A stretch of DNA of 64,000 nucleotides from Syntrophorhabdaceae bacterium (GTDB lineage: Bacteria > Desulfobacterota > Syntrophorhabdia > Syntrophorhabdales > Syntrophorhabdaceae), in assembly GCA_963665295.1 (NCBI GenBank), contig OY762209.1, positions 4,672,001 through 4,736,000 on the forward strand, written 5' to 3'. A model generated the notes under the pieces. The model was given only the letters and a program-made list of their open reading frames with translations. It ran no database searches and was not told where the DNA came from. Of this stretch, positions 21,207-30,004 are shown one piece after another; the first letter of the stretch is position 1; every line of letters begins with the position of its first letter. Position numbers and translations under genes: made by a program.

Positions 21207-21503
21207 ATGGACAAGCTGACATTCCAGATCCTTTATGACCGGTCGTCATCAAGGGAGATTCGGCGGGCAGGAACGAGAGAAACTGATCTTCGCCTTCCCC
21301 GGAGGGCCCTTCTTTCACTGGAGGGGGATTCGCGCGGCGCCCTCGTAACCTGTCATTCAGGCTTCGTCTGGCTCACGCAGGAAGGCGACCGGCGCGACCA
21401 CATCCTGACGGCGGGAAAACAATTTTCCGTAAGCTGCAAGGGAATGGTCCTTATTCAATCCCTGCAGGACGCCTCTCTGAACATAGCCATTTCGGGGACC
21501 TGA
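21207..21503 (+). CDS. DUF2917-family small protein, divergent from the MocR regulator
   Basis: CHSGFVWLTQEGDRRDHILTAG pattern. Confidence 0.75.
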   Translation: MDKLTFQILYDRSSSREIRRAGTRETDLRLPRRALLSLEGDSRGALVTCHSGFVWLTQEGDRRDHILTAGKQFSVSCKGMVLIQSLQDASLNIAISGT

Positions 21504-21801
21504 AGCGAAAAGAGCATCTACGTCCGGATCCGCATGCGGAAGATGGGCATCGAGGCGGCCGGTTTACCATGATTGTATTGCCGGGCACTGCTCCAACCGG
21601 TCCTCCCGGCCGAAATCTTATCTCCATTAGCAGTTCACCGGGAACGCGCTCACAAGGCGCGGCCCGGAAACAACCTCGTGTCGTAATAGGGCATCTTCCC
21701 CACATCAGTCAAGGAACAGATGTATAAACTCATTGGGCGTGTCCCCGATGATGTATTAAACTCCATGGCAGGGAAGCATGCCCTTGAGTGGGACCGGGGT
21801 G

Positions 21802-22136
21802 TCAATCGGACTCTATTTCGAACCAGTGAAGTTGCCGGTCCCCATCGGCGGCAGGACTTCAAAACCATCCCTACCGGAAAAGCAAAGGGAATCCTTTGGC
21901 AATATCAACCTCACCATCGGCAGGTCCCACTTCACCGCCTTGTCTCGAGTGAGAATGGGCACCATCCGCTTCTTTATCGCGGCGAAGCATTTGTCATCGC
22001 CGGTGAGGCGAGCTTTGAGGAGGGTCAATTCCCCCGGATCAGCACTAATCATGTAGACCCATGGACGATCGCTCTCTCCACGGAGAAGCACGGAATTGCC
22101 CATTTGCTCCAAGGTGTGGATAGTATAATCCTCCAT
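21802..22136 (-). pseudogene. Possible internally deleted GNAT-like remnant
   Basis: 107-aa ORF (VLLRGESDRPWVY...) resembles, from memory only, a GNAT N-terminus; a short DRQLHWFEIESD* tail lies in another frame; no acetyl-CoA motif. Confidence 0.3.
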
Positions 22137-22166
22137 AAAATAGATCGCAATACCCTGAAATGTTAC

Positions 22167-23213
22167 ATGTATTACCCTCGCCTAATAAATGAAAAAGGCA
22201 AGAAGCAGCTTTACGGTCCCGGTCACACATCCAAGAAAATAGCCCAACAGTACGAACAAAAGTTGAAAAACGAGATAGCAGAACGAAAGATGTTTCCTGA
22301 GAGATTCCCCGACAAGAAGAAATTCGACGAGTTCGTGCCGGAGTACCTCAAAAAACATGCGACAAGTCTGAAATCGTATGATTTTTATGAAGTAATATGC
22401 ACGATACTAAAGCGGCATTTCGGAGACACCTATCTATATGAGATATCGAGATACCATGTCGAATCTTACCAGGCCGAAAGGTCGAAACAGGTGGGTGTGT
22501 GCATGGTGAACCGCGAGTTAACAATACTGAAGGGCATTTTTACGAAGGCCATTGACTGGGGGTTCCCTATGAAGAATCCCGTAAAAGGTGTCAAACTCGG
22601 CAAAGAGAAACCACGCGAAAGATTCCTGGCTCCCGAAGAGATAGGAAAGCTCATTGAAGCGTGCAGGAAGGAACGACAAGCCCCGTATCTAAATTCCGTC
22701 GTCATCATAGCCTTGTTTACAGGCATGAGAAAGAAAGAATTGTTAACGCTTAAACGCGAGCACATCTCTATGGATCGGGATATCATGAAGATCGTGGGCA
22801 GCAAGAGTGGGGACACGCGGTTCGCCCGTCTTTACCCCACGGCAAAAAGAGAGGTTGCAAAGCTGCTGATTAAGAGCAATAGTGAATACTTGATTCACGA
22901 CAAAGACGGAGAACCGTTTAAGGACATAAAGAAATCTTTTAACGCTGCCGTGAGAAGGGCCGAACTACAGGACGTACGTTTTCACGATCTTAGAAGAACA
23001 TTCGGAACGATCGGGGCTATCGATGCCGGTATTGACGAAAAAGCGATGCAGAACCTGTTGGGTCATGCCTCGATAGAGACCACTATGAAGCATTATGTGA
23101 TGTCCACGGAGGAAACACGAAAAAGAAGCAATCAAGAGGTTGGGTGGTTTACGGGACACCTATATGGACACTTCAAAAAAAGAGGCCGTCACGAAGACGG
23201 CCTAAGTATCTGA
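22167..23213 (+). mobile_element. Tyrosine recombinase/integrase next to the tRNA-Ala 3' end (element remnant)
   Basis: FTGMRKKEL, FHDLRRT, LLGH, TTMKHY catalytic residues; VNRELTILKGIF..NP core-binding region; visibly AT-richer than flanks. Confidence 0.85.
23174..23203 (-). terminator. Intrinsic terminator downstream of tRNA-Ala
   Basis: Minus strand AGGCCGTC-TTCGT-GACGGCCT followed by CTTTTTTT. Confidence 0.7.
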
Positions 23214-23219
23214 AAAAAA

Positions 23220-23295
23220 TGGTGGAGCTGAACAGGATCGAACTGTCGACCTCTTGACTGCCAGTCAAGCGCTCTCCCAGCTGAGCTACAGCCCC
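23220..23295 (-). tRNA. tRNA-Ala(GGC)
   Basis: GGGGCTGTAGCTCAGCTGGGAGAGCG-CTTGA-CTGGCAG-TCAAG...GTTCGATC...CTCCACCA; 76 nt with encoded CCA. Confidence 0.97.
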
Positions 23296-23304
23296 ACGGC
23301 CTAT

Positions 23305-23333
23305 TTTATAACAGTATAGCGGTTGATTGTCAA
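23305..23333 (-). promoter_or_regulatory. Sigma70 promoter of tRNA-Ala
   Basis: TTGACA, 17 nt, TATAAA just upstream of the tRNA. Confidence 0.75.
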
Positions 23334-23347
23334 CACAGAGTTTTGCG

Positions 23348-23911
23348 TCAGGGCTTCTTATGTCCTTCTCCCTGAAGGACTCCGCGTCGAAATATTTCAA
23401 GATTCTTCTCTCTTACCTTCACAGGGACTTTGTTTTTAATGGTCTCTTCAAGGTTCTCCAAGGTAAAAGGCTCTACCCCGAGGCTCGAAAAAAATCCGAG
23501 AACCGCCATGTTGGATGCCTGAACCATGCCACTTTCTTTCGCGAGTCTATCGCCATCAACAAGCAGAGAGGTGATATTTCTCTTATTCAGTAACTCTGTC
23601 ACCGGCTCGGCCAGCGACGTCTTCTCCGTATTTGCAATGGCAAGTCCGCCCACCTTAAGAAAAGGCAGGGTCCGGTAAAACTCACTCTCTTCGAAGGCAA
23701 GGAGGATATCGGCATTTTCACTGCCTACAAGAGGACTTTTGAAATCGCCTATCTTAAGCAGGGATACCACGGAGCCGCCCCTCTGACTCATCCCGTATTC
23801 GTCCGACGCCATGGCATGATAACCCGCCTTTATGGCGGTCTCCAGGATAATGGTGGAGGCGAGAAGCACACCCCTGCCCCCTATTCCCGCACACACGATT
23901 TCAAGCCTCAT
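23348..23911 (-). CDS. iorB: Indolepyruvate/2-oxoacid:ferredoxin oxidoreductase beta-type subunit
   Basis: AGIGGRGVL, EYGMSQRGGSVVS, ADILLAFEESE, SNMAVLG. Confidence 0.85.
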   Translation of the reverse strand: MRLEIVCAGIGGRGVLLASTIILETAIKAGYHAMASDEYGMSQRGGSVVSLLKIGDFKSPLVGSENADILLAFEESEFYRTLPFLKVGGLAIANTEKTSLAEPVTELLNKRNITSLLVDGDRLAKESGMVQASNMAVLGFFSSLGVEPFTLENLEETIKNKVPVKVREKNLEIFRRGVLQGEGHKKP

Positions 23912-25137
23912 ATTATTCCCCTGTAAAAAAGCACGGTGAACTCCAACGCATCCTGAAAACGCGCTATCTCCGATATGTCATCGATATGGAAGAAATTGTT
24001 ACACCCATATGCCCCGATAATCTTTTTCATTTCTTCTTCCCTGGTGCTCGCGAGGATCAGGAGCACGTAGGACGAGCCGTTATACATGGTATTGACCAAA
24101 GCGGGCATACCCGCCCGGAACAGGTAGTCTTCGAACGTAACGGCAAGGATCTTCCTCTCCGGTTCAAGTTTCTTCATCCCGTGGGCCATATTGATGGATG
24201 ACGCGGCGCCGAGCGTGTCGCGAACTACCGCAAAACCGCATATGGTCTCCTCCGGCTTCGTCTTTTTCCTTCCTGCAAAAGAGGGTCCGCGAAAGACCCT
24301 TGACCTGTCCCTCATCTGCATCTCGATCACCGGATACGGGCCTTCCGCCATGAAGACCTCGTCCATGTCCGTCACAAACGCTTCCACGAGCCTGAGGGGC
24401 AAAGGGAACACGGTGGAGAGGCAAAGCATGCTCGCATCTTCATCAAAGAACTCAGCCGACGAACGGGTGCAGGTGATGATGCCCGTAGAATCCTTTCGTA
24501 TCGTCACGTTGCCTTCATAGGTTTCGAACTCTTCGCGAATCTTTTCAATCTTTTCGTTCAACCGGCGGTGAAGCTCGTACCTGAATTTCGGCGTTGCCGC
24601 CCACCGGTCCGGGTTCTTTATAAAACGGGAGGGCGCAGCCGTACCGGTGTCCGCCACCGCTTCCATCCTGCCCGAAGAACCCCTTTGTTCCGGAAGGACA
24701 GGTGTTTGAATGACCACGGGTATCTCGTATTTCTCCGAGATGGTATAGCCGAATCCGATAGCCATAGAGAGGGCCTCGGTTCCTTCTGCCACAATGACAG
24801 GTAGTTTCGCAAAGAGACCCACAGGTGTGACTTCTTCCTCGATCTCCTTCAGGCAAAGGATCAGAAAACCCCCTGTCACCCCTGTATACGCGGAGCTCAT
24901 CACGGGGTCCAGTGCATCGTATAAATCCTCGGTAGGGAACATGCATGCCGTTCTTTTCGCCGCGTAGGCGCCCGTGAGAGCCAGCTCATAGGCGATTTTT
25001 GCGTCTAGGCATACTTCGGAACGGGTGAGCGGATACTCCCTCTCAAGCGCTTTCAGAATATCTCCGAGGGTCTTGCTGGTAGTATGGACAAAGCGCACCT
25101 GCCGGTCGAGGAGGAGCCTGCATATGTGCTCGTGCAT
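23908..25137 (-). CDS. Short, degenerate IorA-like protein
   Basis: DALDPVMSSAYTGVTGG, SEKYEIPV, VFPLP, INMAHG, LVNTMYNG resemble IorA; no GD TPP motif and no ferredoxin domain. Confidence 0.7.
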   Translation of the reverse strand: MHEHICRLLLDRQVRFVHTTSKTLGDILKALEREYPLTRSEVCLDAKIAYELALTGAYAAKRTACMFPTEDLYDALDPVMSSAYTGVTGGFLILCLKEIEEEVTPVGLFAKLPVIVAEGTEALSMAIGFGYTISEKYEIPVVIQTPVLPEQRGSSGRMEAVADTGTAAPSRFIKNPDRWAATPKFRYELHRRLNEKIEKIREEFETYEGNVTIRKDSTGIITCTRSSAEFFDEDASMLCLSTVFPLPLRLVEAFVTDMDEVFMAEGPYPVIEMQMRDRSRVFRGPSFAGRKKTKPEETICGFAVVRDTLGAASSINMAHGMKKLEPERKILAVTFEDYLFRAGMPALVNTMYNGSSYVLLILASTREEEMKKIIGAYGCNNFFHIDDISEIARFQDALEFTVLFYRGII

Positions 25138-25140
25138 GCG

Positions 25141-26238
25141 CTACACCATACCTCTCAATATCTCGATGCCTTTCTCAAGGTTCTCGTCGCTCGCCGCGAA
25201 AGAGATGCGGACATGGGACTTCCTCCCGGAAAATACGCTTCCCGGTATGATAAAGAGCTTATTTTCCAGAGCCCTTTCCACAAAGGCATCGCCGTCGCCG
25301 TCCGGCACCTCGGGGAAGATGAAGAATGCACCCTTCGGTTTCACCACGCGGAATTTATCCTTCAGGCCCTCGTAGATAAGGTCCCGTTTCCGTTTGTACC
25401 CCTCTATCAGGGGGTCCGTATCATAATCGAGGGCAAGGAGCGCCGCCTTTTGCGCAAAAGAGTTGATGCTGCTGAATACATATTGCTGCATGGTCACCAT
25501 GCACTGAATAATCTCCTTGGGACCCGCGGCATAGGCTACTCTCCAGCCCGTCATTGCCCACGTTTTGGAGAAACCGCCGAAAGTGATGGTATTCTCATAG
25601 ATCTGCCCAAGGTAATCCTTACGGAATCCGTTGTCATACACAAATCTGTCGTAAATGTCGTCCGAGAAGACGAGAAGGTTGTTCTCCCTCGCAACGCGGG
25701 CCACCATTTCCAGTTCCTCCCTGGAATTGACCATGCCCGTGGGGTTATTGGGACTATTCACGAGAATTACCTTTGTCTTCTTGGTGATAGCCTTGCGCAA
25801 CGCCTCTTCGTTCAGCGAAAAATCGGGATAAGTATCCACAAACACCGGCTTGCCGCCAAGGAGAGACACCTGGTATTCATAGAGCACGAAATAGGGGTCA
25901 GGGATGATCACCTCGTCGCCGGGGTTCATGGTTACCATGAGGGCAAGAAGGAGCCCCCCTGTCACTCCTGCGGTGATAATCGCATCGTCGCAACAGATAT
26001 CCTTACCTTTAAGGTAGTGGAGTATCTTTTCCCTGAGCTCCGGGATGCCGCCTGAAGGCGTATACTTATTGAAACCGGCCCTTATCCATTTAATCCCCTC
26101 TTCCTTGATTTCTTCGGGGATATCAAAATGGGGTTCCCCGATGCTCAGGTTGATGGGGTCCTTCACTCTGTTCGCAAGGTCAAATATCTTCCTTACCCCA
26201 GACGGCCTTACATTGTTTACCCTGTCTGAGAGAAACAC
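25141..26238 (-). CDS. PLP-dependent aminotransferase class I/II
   Basis: LSIGEPHF, NSPNNPTG, SDDIY, GFSKTWAMTGWRVAY. Confidence 0.92.
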   Translation of the reverse strand: MFLSDRVNNVRPSGVRKIFDLANRVKDPINLSIGEPHFDIPEEIKEEGIKWIRAGFNKYTPSGGIPELREKILHYLKGKDICCDDAIITAGVTGGLLLALMVTMNPGDEVIIPDPYFVLYEYQVSLLGGKPVFVDTYPDFSLNEEALRKAITKKTKVILVNSPNNPTGMVNSREELEMVARVARENNLLVFSDDIYDRFVYDNGFRKDYLGQIYENTITFGGFSKTWAMTGWRVAYAAGPKEIIQCMVTMQQYVFSSINSFAQKAALLALDYDTDPLIEGYKRKRDLIYEGLKDKFRVVKPKGAFFIFPEVPDGDGDAFVERALENKLFIIPGSVFSGRKSHVRISFAASDENLEKGIEILRGMV

Positions 26239-26300
26239 TCAATCCTCCTAGCCCGACCCACTCTCGCCCGTATGACTCCGGGGGCGCCGGAATCTCTCCC

Positions 26301-26564
26301 TTATCGCCCCGTTCTGTCGTCAGCATTCGAGCCCACGCTATTTGCGCTCTCAAGTGAATCGATAATACGTTCCATACGTGTTTTGGGCGGTCCTCCGAAA
26401 CATTTCTTCAGGTCTTCCTCCGTGAAGGCTGCCTTAAGGAATTTCATGATATCCGTCCTCTCCCTCCAGCAGCCTACGGTATTTCTGCACGGCATCCCAT
26501 CGTTCACTGAAAGGCAATAGGAGAACTCGGCGACCATACCCAACTGAGTACAATATATATCCAT
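26301..26564 (-). CDS. Small Cys-containing hypothetical protein
   Basis: YCTQLG..FSYC..PCRNTVGCW; RBS GAGG; same strand as the trpB2 operon. Confidence 0.7.
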   Translation of the reverse strand: MDIYCTQLGMVAEFSYCLSVNDGMPCRNTVGCWRERTDIMKFLKAAFTEEDLKKCFGGPPKTRMERIIDSLESANSVGSNADDRTGR

Positions 26565-26575
26565 AAAATACCTCT

Positions 26576-27943
26576 TTATGCAACCTTCGGCTTGGGAAAT
26601 TTCTCCAGGTCTTTTATAAGCTTCTGGATCTCGTCATCAGGAAGGACATAGTCCACCAGTTTCCCGCTCATGAAGGCGTCGTAAGAAGGAAGGTCGATAA
26701 TACCGTGTCCGCTCCAGCTTATAAGTATGACTTTCTCCTTGCCTTCCTCCTTTGCCCGCTTCGCCTCATCGATAGCGCACGCTATGGCATGGTTGGTCTC
26801 CGGGGCAGGCAGAAACCCTTCGGTCCTCGCAAAGGTAAGGCCCGCGCCGAAAGTCTCGAGCTGGTTGTATGCTTTGGCCTCGATAAGTCCGTCCGCAAAG
26901 AGCCTGCTCACGAGAGGCGCCATGCCGTGGTACCGCAGTCCGCCCGCGTGAATGGGAGCAGGAACGTACGCGCTGCCGATTGAATACATGGGAAGGAGGG
27001 GTGTGGTCCCTGCCGTGTCGCCGAAATCATAGGTATAAGGACCTTTGGTCAACGTGGGACATGAGGTCGGCTCGGAAGCGACGATCCTCACTTCCTTTCC
27101 GTGAATCTTGTCTCTTATGAAAGGAAATGAAATACCCGCGAAATTGCTTCCTCCGCCCGCGCAGCCGATTACGACGTCCGGATACTCACCTACCATGGCG
27201 AATTGTTTTTCTGCTTCGAGGCCGATGATCGTCTGGTGCATGAGCACGTGGTTCAACACGCTTCCCAGGGAGTATTTCGTGTCCTTCGAGGTGACCGCGT
27301 CTTCTATGGCCTCGCTGATGGCAATGCCGAGACTGCCGGAGTGTTCCGGATTTTCTGCCAGGAATTTTCTTCCTGCATTAGTATCGGGGCTCGGACTCGG
27401 AACGCACTTCCCTCCCCACGTCTCCATCATGATCCTTCTGTAGGGCTTCTGATTGTAACTCACCCTTACCATATATACCTTAAGCTCCAGCCCGAACTGG
27501 TTGCACGCGAAGGACAGGGCGCTGCCCCACTGGCCCGCGCCGGTCTCGGTGGTAAGTCTCTTGATGCCCTCTATCTTGTTGTAGTATGCCTGGGCAATGG
27601 CGGTATTGGGTTTGTGGCTTCCCGCAGGGCTCACCCCTTCGTTCTTGAAATAGATATGGGCGGGGGTGTCGAGGAACTTTTCCAGGGAGTAGGCCCTGCA
27701 AAGGGGTGAGGGCCTGTACATCACGAGCCTTGACAGGACTTCCTCCGGAATATCAATCCATCTCTCCGTGCTCACTTCCTGTTCGATCAGGTTCATGGGT
27801 AAAATCGGCGAAAGCATGTCCGGAGTGATAGGCTCGCCTGTCGCGGGGTTGAGGGGCGGCGGAAGAGGATTCGGCAAATCCGCCTGTATATTGTACCATG
27901 CCCTCGGCATATCCTTTTCGCTCAAAAAAATCTTTCTTTCCAT
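26576..27943 (-). CDS. trpB2: TrpB2-type (stand-alone) tryptophan synthase beta
   Basis: [53 protein letters not shown]; start ATG 27943 with RBS AGGAGG. Confidence 0.92.
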   Translation of the reverse strand: MERKIFLSEKDMPRAWYNIQADLPNPLPPPLNPATGEPITPDMLSPILPMNLIEQEVSTERWIDIPEEVLSRLVMYRPSPLCRAYSLEKFLDTPAHIYFKNEGVSPAGSHKPNTAIAQAYYNKIEGIKRLTTETGAGQWGSALSFACNQFGLELKVYMVRVSYNQKPYRRIMMETWGGKCVPSPSPDTNAGRKFLAENPEHSGSLGIAISEAIEDAVTSKDTKYSLGSVLNHVLMHQTIIGLEAEKQFAMVGEYPDVVIGCAGGGSNFAGISFPFIRDKIHGKEVRIVASEPTSCPTLTKGPYTYDFGDTAGTTPLLPMYSIGSAYVPAPIHAGGLRYHGMAPLVSRLFADGLIEAKAYNQLETFGAGLTFARTEGFLPAPETNHAIACAIDEAKRAKEEGKEKVILISWSGHGIIDLPSYDAFMSGKLVDYVLPDDEIQKLIKDLEKFPKPKVA

Positions 27944-27965
27944 CTCATTTCCTCCTTTTAGAGTA

Positions 27966-28060
27966 ATAAAAAAGGCCATGAGCTTTAACCCATGGCCTTT
28001 AAACAAAATCGGCCATGGACGGCGTGAAACCGTCCATGGCCGTTAATTACGGTTTCACAC
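27966..28060 (-). promoter_or_regulatory. Trp attenuator: antiterminator segment plus two terminator-like hairpins
   Basis: 12-bp stem 28011-28041 and stem 27971-28000 followed by U tract; segment 28049-28060 can pair with 28022-28033. Confidence 0.8.
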
Positions 28061-28117
28061 CTATAATAACCGCCACCACCACCAATTTGTCTTTAAACTG
28101 ATCGCTTCGTTCCTCAT
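28061..28117 (-). CDS. trpL: Trp attenuator leader peptide MRNEAISLKTNWWWWRLL
   Basis: ATG 28117, four consecutive TGG codons, TAG 28061; directly upstream of trpB2. Confidence 0.88.
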   Translation of the reverse strand: MRNEAISLKTNWWWWRLL

Positions 28118-28125
28118 TATGTCGT

Positions 28126-28155
28126 TTTATATCACGACCTCCCCCGCATTGTCAA
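28126..28155 (-). promoter_or_regulatory. Sigma70 promoter of trpL-trpB2
   Basis: TTGACA, 18 nt, TATAAA with extended -10 TG; 8 nt before the leader ATG. Confidence 0.65.
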
Positions 28156-28297
28156 GAATTATAGCGCGGAAGAAAGCGGTAGCCCTGTAGAGTCTAATGA
28201 CCAACACCGCCCTTACTCAACCACACGCCACGAGTCCCGACTATTGTCGAATTGCCTGTTGACAACAGCCCGTCTTTCCTATTATAACAACGGTGAC

Positions 28298-28382
28298 GCC
28301 TGGGTGGCGGAACAGGTAGACGCAAGGGACTTAAAATCCCTCGGTCCTCGCGGCTGTACGGGTTCGATTCCCGTCCCAGGCA
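28298..28382 (+). tRNA. tRNA-Leu(TAA)
   Basis: GCCTGGGTGGCGGAACAGGTAGACGCA-AGGGA-CTTAAAA-TCCCT, long variable arm, GGTTCGATTCC, CCCAGGCA; CCA not encoded; TTGACA..TATAAC upstream. Confidence 0.96.
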
Positions 28383-28796
28383 TTTATCATATCGGCGATT
28401 TACGCCTCGGCCGCTTTCACATGCTTCGCCTTCGCACCATCGGCCTCAAACAAAAAAAGCATGTACATTTTCGTGCACACAGCGAAAATCCTCCCGGAAG
28501 CAGGTTGCCTCGAAAAGGCAATGATGTCGGATTGTTTAAACACCCCCTTCCCGCCTCTCCCTTCTTCGCCATATTCCTTTACCCTCCTCCCTCGCAAAAC
28601 ACACTTCCTCCAATGAATACCGTACTGAAGATACAACTTGACAAGGCAAGTCGGATTGGTTATACCCTCAGAAGGCCTGAAAGGCGGAAGGTGTTGCCGA
28701 ATCTTTGTGTACCATAGTTTTCACCCGACCTCGACTCACGCATCACGGTAGTCATTGCACGGAAGTGCAAAATCAAATTAAGGGGAGGGTTATTAA

Positions 28797-29072
28797 GTGA
28801 AGAAATCAGTGTCGGTTGTCTTTTTGGTTCTTTTTGCCCTGTTCATTGCCGGTGTAAACTTTGCGGACGCAGGGCCCACAAACGTGTCAGGTCAGAATCT
28901 TGCCAATGCAACAAACAGTCTTACGGGCAAAGGCCCGATTATGGTTGCCCAGGAAAAACCTAGATTATCACCAGGGACTTCCTGCCAGGAAAAGTGCAGG
29001 GACAGCAGCAATTCGACGGATAGCCTCCGGAACTGCCTGAAAGGCTGTGGAGCCCCCACGCCTGCTAAATAG
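28797..29072 (+). CDS. Small secreted protein with CxxxC...CxxxC
   Basis: RBS GGGGAGGG, signal peptide MKKSVSVVFLVLFALFIAGVNFADA, SCQEKC..NCLKGC. Confidence 0.65.
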   Translation: MKKSVSVVFLVLFALFIAGVNFADAGPTNVSGQNLANATNSLTGKGPIMVAQEKPRLSPGTSCQEKCRDSSNSTDSLRNCLKGCGAPTPAK

Positions 29073-29413
29073 AGCAATCTGCATCTACCTTTCATGCCTT
29101 TAAGCATTGCAGTGGTATCATGAGCGCCGGGCGATAGCGAGAACGCAACACCGAAGAATCACGAGAGGCAGGGACCTCGGGCGGCCCCTGCCTCTCTTTA
29201 AGAGCGGCGTCTATGACCGCAGACCCGTATAAACCTTCTTCCTCCCCCAATCTTTCGATACACCGGAACTCCGGAGCTTCCCTTTTACCGGCAGCTATCT
29301 GAACGCGGGGTATACTTTCCCGCCCCCCCAGACACAACAAAGGGTCAAATCTCCATCCCATGAACGGAGACCTGACCCTGATCTGTTCTTCGACTGAGGG
29401 CTTTCGCCCTTTC

Positions 29414-30004
29414 CTACTCCTTCACTTCCGGGAAGGCGAGGGCCCTGGTGAGCACGTAGGCCGCCTGGAGCGCTTCCGTGGGACACAGAGGGAAGCATTC
29501 CTTGCAGTTCCAGCACTCCTTTGCCGCGATCTCCGGAATAAAGCTTATCTCCTTCCGTATACCCCTGTCCACGAAGCCGATGGCGTTCTTCTTCTTCACC
29601 TCGGCACAGTACCGTACGCAGAGGCCGCAGTGGATGCAGAAGGAAGGTTCCTTCTCAAAGCAGTTCCTGTCCGCCCCGTACTCTTCCGCAAGGTCCTTAA
29701 GGTCAAAGGCATCGGGCGCATGGGCAAGGAGGAGCTGGAGGATCATCTTGCGTATCCTGTCCACCTTCTCCGAGCGGGTACGGACTATGAGGTTCTTCTC
29801 CACCGGATAGACACAGGAGACGACCAGCCGGGAGGAGCCCCGGCTTTCCACCTCCACCGTGCAGAGCCGGCATCCCCCGAAGGGTTCCAATTCCTTATGG
29901 TAACAAAGGGTCGGGATCTTGATCCCTTCTTTCTCCGCTGCCTCGAGGAGGGTCATCCCCTCCGGGGCAGATATTTCTTTCCCGTCGATCTGTAAGTTTA
30001 TCAT
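29414..30004 (-). CDS. bamI: Class II benzoyl-CoA reductase subunit BamI (NuoG N-terminus-like Fe-S)
   Basis: IPTLC..GGCRLCTVEV..SC, CIHCGLCVRYC, CWNCKECFPLCP; last gene of the bam operon. Confidence 0.85.
   Translation of the reverse strand: MINLQIDGKEISAPEGMTLLEAAEKEGIKIPTLCYHKELEPFGGCRLCTVEVESRGSSRLVVSCVYPVEKNLIVRTRSEKVDRIRKMILQLLLAHAPDAFDLKDLAEEYGADRNCFEKEPSFCIHCGLCVRYCAEVKKKNAIGFVDRGIRKEISFIPEIAAKECWNCKECFPLCPTEALQAAYVLTRALAFPEVKE

Noticed and set aside
21720..22166. N-terminal ~150 aa of the 497-aa integrase ORF
   Set aside because: Not integrase-like, overlaps an opposite-strand ORF and differs in composition; probably a chance open frame
27944..28006. N-terminal extension of TrpB2 in the ORF track
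   Set aside because: Runs through the attenuator hairpin; a strong RBS supports ATG 27943
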